Assembly: GCA_964426185.1 (NCBI GenBank)
Contig: CAYRPF010000001.1
Coordinates: forward strand, 45,767 to 57,026
Source: an uncultured archaeon
Lineage (GTDB): Archaea; Asgardarchaeota; Lokiarchaeia; Sigyniarchaeales; Promethearchaeaceae
DNA: 11,260 bases
Direction: 5' to 3'
The position numbers and the translations under genes were made by a program. Positions 7,181-11,260 of the stretch are shown piece after piece; the first letter of the stretch is position 1, and each line of letters starts with the position of its first letter. The notes beneath the pieces were generated by a model. The model had not been told where the DNA came from. It saw only the letters and a program-made list of their open reading frames with translations, and made no database searches.

Positions 7181-7200
7181 AAAGAACCATTTGGTTAAAA
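7163..7200. repeat. Imperfect 19-bp tandem duplication spanning the ATP-cone stop codon and the convergent spacer
   Basis: AAGAAACATTTGGTTTAAA (7163-7181) and AAGAACCATTTGGTTAAAA (7182-7200) match at 17 of 19 positions. Confidence 0.7.
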
Positions 7201-7201
7201 A

Positions 7202-8131
7202 TTACATTGGATGAATTTTCTTCTCGATTTTTTCGATTTTTTCTTTCACGTAATGATCGACTTCCCGCAGTTCGAGTAAAGCGATTTCATGCGCACGTGC
7301 AGGATCACTTTGTTGAGACTCAAAATCACCAAATATTTGTGCTTCTTCTTGGCTTTTCAAAGCTTGCAGTTCTTCCTTGCTAAATTTGTGAGAAATTGCC
7401 CCATCGCGGATATAATATAAACGATCTGCTATTGCTTTTAACTCTGGGTCGTGTGAAACGATAATCATAGTCTTATCTGGAAATTTCTCTATTATTGAAC
7501 GAAGTAATTCCATAATCACTCTTTTTGAGGCAGTATCCAGCTCACCCGTGGGTTCATCACAAAGGATGATGTAGGGATTATTTGCTAAAGCGGCTGCAAC
7601 TGAGACTCGTTGTTGTTCTCCTCCACTTAATTCATCTGGTCTGTGCTTTTTTCTTTCACTCAATCCAACTATATCGAGAAGTGAATCCACAAATTCCTTA
7701 CTTGCTTTATTTAAAGAATGGGATAATTCCAAAGGGAGAAGTATATTTTCTTCAGCGGTTAACTCGGGAATTAGGTTTAAGAATTGAAATACAAAGCCAA
7801 TCTTCTTCCGACGATATTGTTCCATTTCTTTATCTGTGAATTGTGCGATGTCGACTCCATTTACAATAATTCGACCTGAACTAAGGCGGTCCAGCCCTCC
7901 AATCACATTCAACAATGTAGTTTTTCCACATCCACTGGGACCCATAATTACAGTTATTTCCCCTGCATGGAATTCGCAGTTTAATCCACGCAGTGCCACT
8001 ACTTCAATTTTTCCTCTTTTATATATTTTAATGGCATCATCTACTTTAATCAATCCTTCCCCTGAAACTGGGATGTAGGTGGATTTATTATTTTCTATGC
8101 TATTTTTACTCATTTTCTTCACTATTTCCAT
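7202..8131 (-). CDS. ABC transporter ATP-binding protein, LolD/MacB/FtsE-like family
   Basis: Walker A GPSGCGKT, Q-loop GFVFQFLNL, signature LSGGEQQR, Walker B/D-loop ILCDEPTGELD, H-switch VSHD. About 60 aa of charged helical C-terminal extension. Possible alternative start at 8113. Confidence 0.96.
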   Translation of the reverse strand: MEIVKKMSKNSIENNKSTYIPVSGEGLIKVDDAIKIYKRGKIEVVALRGLNCEFHAGEITVIMGPSGCGKTTLLNVIGGLDRLSSGRIIVNGVDIAQFTDKEMEQYRRKKIGFVFQFLNLIPELTAEENILLPLELSHSLNKASKEFVDSLLDIVGLSERKKHRPDELSGGEQQRVSVAAALANNPYIILCDEPTGELDTASKRVIMELLRSIIEKFPDKTMIIVSHDPELKAIADRLYYIRDGAISHKFSKEELQALKSQEEAQIFGDFESQQSDPARAHEIALLELREVDHYVKEKIEKIEKKIHPM

Positions 8132-8170
8132 TATGAATATTTATGATATTAAATAAAAAAATCAAATATT

Positions 8171-11100
8171 TTAAGCTGATATTCGTAAAAGATCGCTGAT
8201 TTTTGACACATCTGATTTGCGGGTTTCAATGGCCACTGCAATTACAATACTGACCAAGAAAGCTAGTAGCGTTCCTGCCAACTGAAGTAAAAGTTTACCC
8301 CACTGGATGAAGATCTCCCTTTGAATGCCACCCAAAGCGCCAGCGAAACCTAAATTATTCAGCTGCAAGATTATAGCAGCACCTCCTATTATACCAGTAA
8401 AAGTGAATAGTGTGCCTAGCAAGATAAGTGTCAACCCTTCTGCAATCTGAATTTTGTATAATATCTTTTTCTCTACACCCCGCGCTCGTAACAAACCCAT
8501 ATCATGTGCTTTTTCGTTAATTGAGATGTACATTATAATTGCAATTCCAAAAGTCACAATTGTTAATAGGTATAGACTTTCCAAATTGATAAAACGCAGT
8601 AAAGAACCAGTAATATCAATGCTGCTTTCTTGGAGGAGAAAATATTCATCATAATAACCCGCTGCATCCCATTCTTCGAGTAGTGAGAGTAAAAAATCAG
8701 AATCGATATCTTCTAAAGACTTTCCTTCAACAGGATAAAAGACTATTGTCATTTGGTTCATTCTTCCATTCGGTATCGTTTGATTTGCTACAATTATTTG
8801 GGCGTTCCATCCATATTCATTAGTTAAAGGAAAACCGGTATAACTACCTATGATTTTCAAATCTTTTTCTAATATTGTATCTGTATCGTTTGCAGACGGG
8901 TATTGAATTGTTATATTTTCGCTGATTGCATAACCTTGTTCAACCATTGAATCGGGTATGAGACAGTAGTCCCCATCAGCGAGTTTAGAGATTGCATCTT
9001 TACCGTATTCCGAATTAATCCATTTAGATTTAATATTCATATGACTGCTGAAATTCTTTGCTGATATTAAATCGATTTCTGCACCACCAAAATATTGATA
9101 ATCATCAAAAATCCCACCAGTTTCAAGATTGAGTTGACCTTCAATTCCTCCACCATATAATCGTCCGAACCAATTTATATCTTGAACATTTGCTTCAGTA
9201 TAATTCGGTTCCATAAAATCTAAAAGAGTTCCTAATCCTTCTGATTTTAGTTTAGGTGAATAGAGATCAATTCTCACTCCATCTCCTGTTAATAGAGTTG
9301 CTCGTTGATTTTGATAATTAACTTCAGATCCTTCCACAGTAGCTGCCATTACCATAAAACTCAAAGCCATGGCTACAATAAATACTAAGCGAAATGACCT
9401 AGCTTGATTATTAATAATACTTTTGGAAGTAAATACTGAGATATTCTTGGAAAATAGGCGACTAGTTTGTTCGACAAATTTTTGAAAGAGTTTGACATTT
9501 CGGCAAAGTAATTTTACCAAAGCATAAGTTAACATAAAAGGAGCGAAGGGTAAGAGAGCAGTTGAAAGCATCATTAGAGGGTAGAGTAAAATTATCACCC
9601 CAAACCCCGCTTGCTTTATTAGAATATCTCCCAAAAGTGTAAATAATATGGGAAATAACCCGAGTATTAGTAGAAACCAATCTAGTTTACGTTTTGGTAT
9701 GGTGTTATGAGTTATTTCATGATATTTGGCCAAACCTTCAATTGGTTCCATTTGAGCAAATTCTTTTAATGGTTTACGCACAGCTACCAATGAGATCAAA
9801 ATACCACCTATAATACCCAAGATCCAGGTTGAAATTTTCATAAACTCTCCAGAAAATAGCTGTCCTAAGATTGAAAGAACGGTTTGGCCTTGGAGGGCTG
9901 GAGGATAAATACGGCTTAACACCAAAGTGGATGTAAAATTTCCCCCAATAATTCCTAAAATACCTCCAATTGCTCCAAGTATCAATGCTTCCAAAAAGAA
10001 CATTCCCTTTAGCTGCTTGGTACTTCCTCCTTTTACCTTTAATAAAGCTAACTCACGTCTCCGCTGTTGGTAACTCAACATCCAGTTAGTTTTACATAAA
10101 TACCAGCCCAAAATCAAAACCGGAAGAGAAATTATCAAAAATAATGCTTGGTAAAGGACCATTTGTAATTGAACTTGGAATACTGCTTGATTTAGAGCTG
10201 TATTAATGGAAATAAATTCTCCTTCTCCAACTCGATCTATTCGGTTTTTTATATAATCTAAACGTGAGGTTATTTCACTAGGTTGAATATTAAGCATCTC
10301 TGAATGATCCAACAGCATACAATATTGAATTACAAATGGTTCGCCTCCATTCATCCATAAAGATTCTCCATAGTGCTGGATTTGTGAAACACTCTGCATC
10401 TGAGCTTCTAATTCTGTGATTATGGATTGAATATATGTCATATTGCCTAAAATCACTCTGGAATCATCTGGATAATAACCATATTGATTGCCGACAAATT
10501 GCCCTAACTGACTCATCTCAAGGATATTCATGGTGCCTAAAATGGGAATATTTGATACATTGACCAAATAGTAGAAATGTTTGAAATCTTCGCCAATTTG
10601 CCCGTATTCTTCAAAACGGAGTCGAATAGTTAAATTATCCCCTGTGGAAAGGTTCATCATTTGGGCAAATCCATTATCAATATAAACGCCTTCTTTCGAT
10701 AAATTTAAGGGTGTATTAAAGCCAACAAGATTCTCAAATCTCTTGATTATTTCTGGATTCTCAAAAATGTTTTGACTTAATCCACAGAAAAATGAATAAT
10801 TAAACCAATTCCATACTTCATAGTCTGAAGATTCATCCGACTCTACAAAAATCGACCAATTTACAGAAGTTGAATCTGGAATATAAATGGATTGATAGTA
10901 ACTGGCATAACCCACTGCATAGGAAGTGAGATATTCAGGTAGTTCGACCTTCAATTTCCCAATTCTACCCAAATTTACAGTAACATTATCATCCTTGCTT
11001 TTGATGGTGAAATCTACTTTCACTTCATCCAACTGCTCCTTAATCATTTGTTGTGCCATTCTATTACTAGCAATATTCACTCCTGATACCAACATGATAC

Positions 11101-11179
11101 TCACAATAATTCCGATCATAATCAATAGTGAGCGTGTTTTATTCCGCCAGAGTGAACGCCTAAGATAGTTTCTAATCAT
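8171..11179 (-). CDS. ABC transporter permease, FtsX/MacB-like, with two fused halves and two large extracytoplasmic domains
   Basis: N-terminal RSLWRNKTRSLLIMIGIIVS TM1. Two FtsX motifs: QRRRELALLKVKGGS...FLEALILG and EKAHDMGLLRARGV...IAEGLTLIL. About 10 TM segments. ATG 11179 has AGGAG 8 nt upstream and is preferred over TTG 11203. It lies directly upstream of the ATPase gene. Confidence 0.93.
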   Translation of the reverse strand: MIRNYLRRSLWRNKTRSLLIMIGIIVSIMLVSGVNIASNRMAQQMIKEQLDEVKVDFTIKSKDDNVTVNLGRIGKLKVELPEYLTSYAVGYASYYQSIYIPDSTSVNWSIFVESDESSDYEVWNWFNYSFFCGLSQNIFENPEIIKRFENLVGFNTPLNLSKEGVYIDNGFAQMMNLSTGDNLTIRLRFEEYGQIGEDFKHFYYLVNVSNIPILGTMNILEMSQLGQFVGNQYGYYPDDSRVILGNMTYIQSIITELEAQMQSVSQIQHYGESLWMNGGEPFVIQYCMLLDHSEMLNIQPSEITSRLDYIKNRIDRVGEGEFISINTALNQAVFQVQLQMVLYQALFLIISLPVLILGWYLCKTNWMLSYQQRRRELALLKVKGGSTKQLKGMFFLEALILGAIGGILGIIGGNFTSTLVLSRIYPPALQGQTVLSILGQLFSGEFMKISTWILGIIGGILISLVAVRKPLKEFAQMEPIEGLAKYHEITHNTIPKRKLDWFLLILGLFPILFTLLGDILIKQAGFGVIILLYPLMMLSTALLPFAPFMLTYALVKLLCRNVKLFQKFVEQTSRLFSKNISVFTSKSIINNQARSFRLVFIVAMALSFMVMAATVEGSEVNYQNQRATLLTGDGVRIDLYSPKLKSEGLGTLLDFMEPNYTEANVQDINWFGRLYGGGIEGQLNLETGGIFDDYQYFGGAEIDLISAKNFSSHMNIKSKWINSEYGKDAISKLADGDYCLIPDSMVEQGYAISENITIQYPSANDTDTILEKDLKIIGSYTGFPLTNEYGWNAQIIVANQTIPNGRMNQMTIVFYPVEGKSLEDIDSDFLLSLLEEWDAAGYYDEYFLLQESSIDITGSLLRFINLESLYLLTIVTFGIAIIMYISINEKAHDMGLLRARGVEKKILYKIQIAEGLTLILLGTLFTFTGIIGGAAIILQLNNLGFAGALGGIQREIFIQWGKLLLQLAGTLLAFLVSIVIAVAIETRKSDVSKISDLLRISA

Positions 11180-11187
11180 ATTTAGAA

Positions 11188-11192
11188 CTCCT
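11188..11192 (-). promoter_or_regulatory. Shine-Dalgarno motif AGGAG for the permease gene
   Basis: The minus strand reads TTAGGAGTTCTAAATATG, with an 8-nt spacer to ATG 11179. Confidence 0.6.
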
Positions 11193-11260
11193 AATTTCAA
11201 CAATTCAACATTGTCTTAAGTATAACAATCTCCGCTTTTTGAAATTTATCCTTTACTTAT

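Noticed and set aside
136-11168. Short alternative ORFs in the track (136..342, 2764..2982, 4127..4327, 4362..4670, 5750..5974, 7582..7839, 7836..8078, 8454..8654, 9462..9680, 10926..11168)
   Set aside because: All lie within or almost entirely overlap well-supported longer genes, on the opposite strand or in another frame, and show no recognisable motifs.
1-11260. tRNA, rRNA, CRISPR array, IS or integrase
   Set aside because: Intergenic gaps are all 155 nt or shorter and AT-rich, with no cloverleaf, spaced repeats or transposase/recombinase motifs.

Overview
AT-rich (roughly one-third GC by eye), gene-dense prokaryotic window. It is most consistent with an archaeon, probably Asgard/Lokiarchaeia-like. 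This is an inference from TATA-like boxes, oligo-T terminators, an archaeal NrdD-type ATP-cone, a 7-blade WD40 protein, a membrane-anchored Zn ribbon and a sequon-rich permease. The + strand carries a 5'-truncated hypothetical protein, an M24 Xaa-Pro peptidase, an M1 aminopeptidase with HEAT-like repeats and a coiled-coil tail, a cysteine-free HesB/IscA-like protein tightly coupled to a WD40 protein, a TM/Zn-ribbon protein, and a stand-alone ATP-cone protein resembling the N-terminus of class III ribonucleotide reductase. The - strand carries a convergent MacB/LolCDE-type ABC operon (double-FtsX permease plus ATPase). No rRNA, tRNA, CRISPR array or mobile element was seen. The best leads are the catalytic-domain-less ATP-cone protein with its palindrome-rich promoter, the Cys-less IscA-like/WD40 pair, and the TAF2-like architecture of the catalytically intact M1 peptidase. 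All family calls come from motif recognition by eye, with no database searches.
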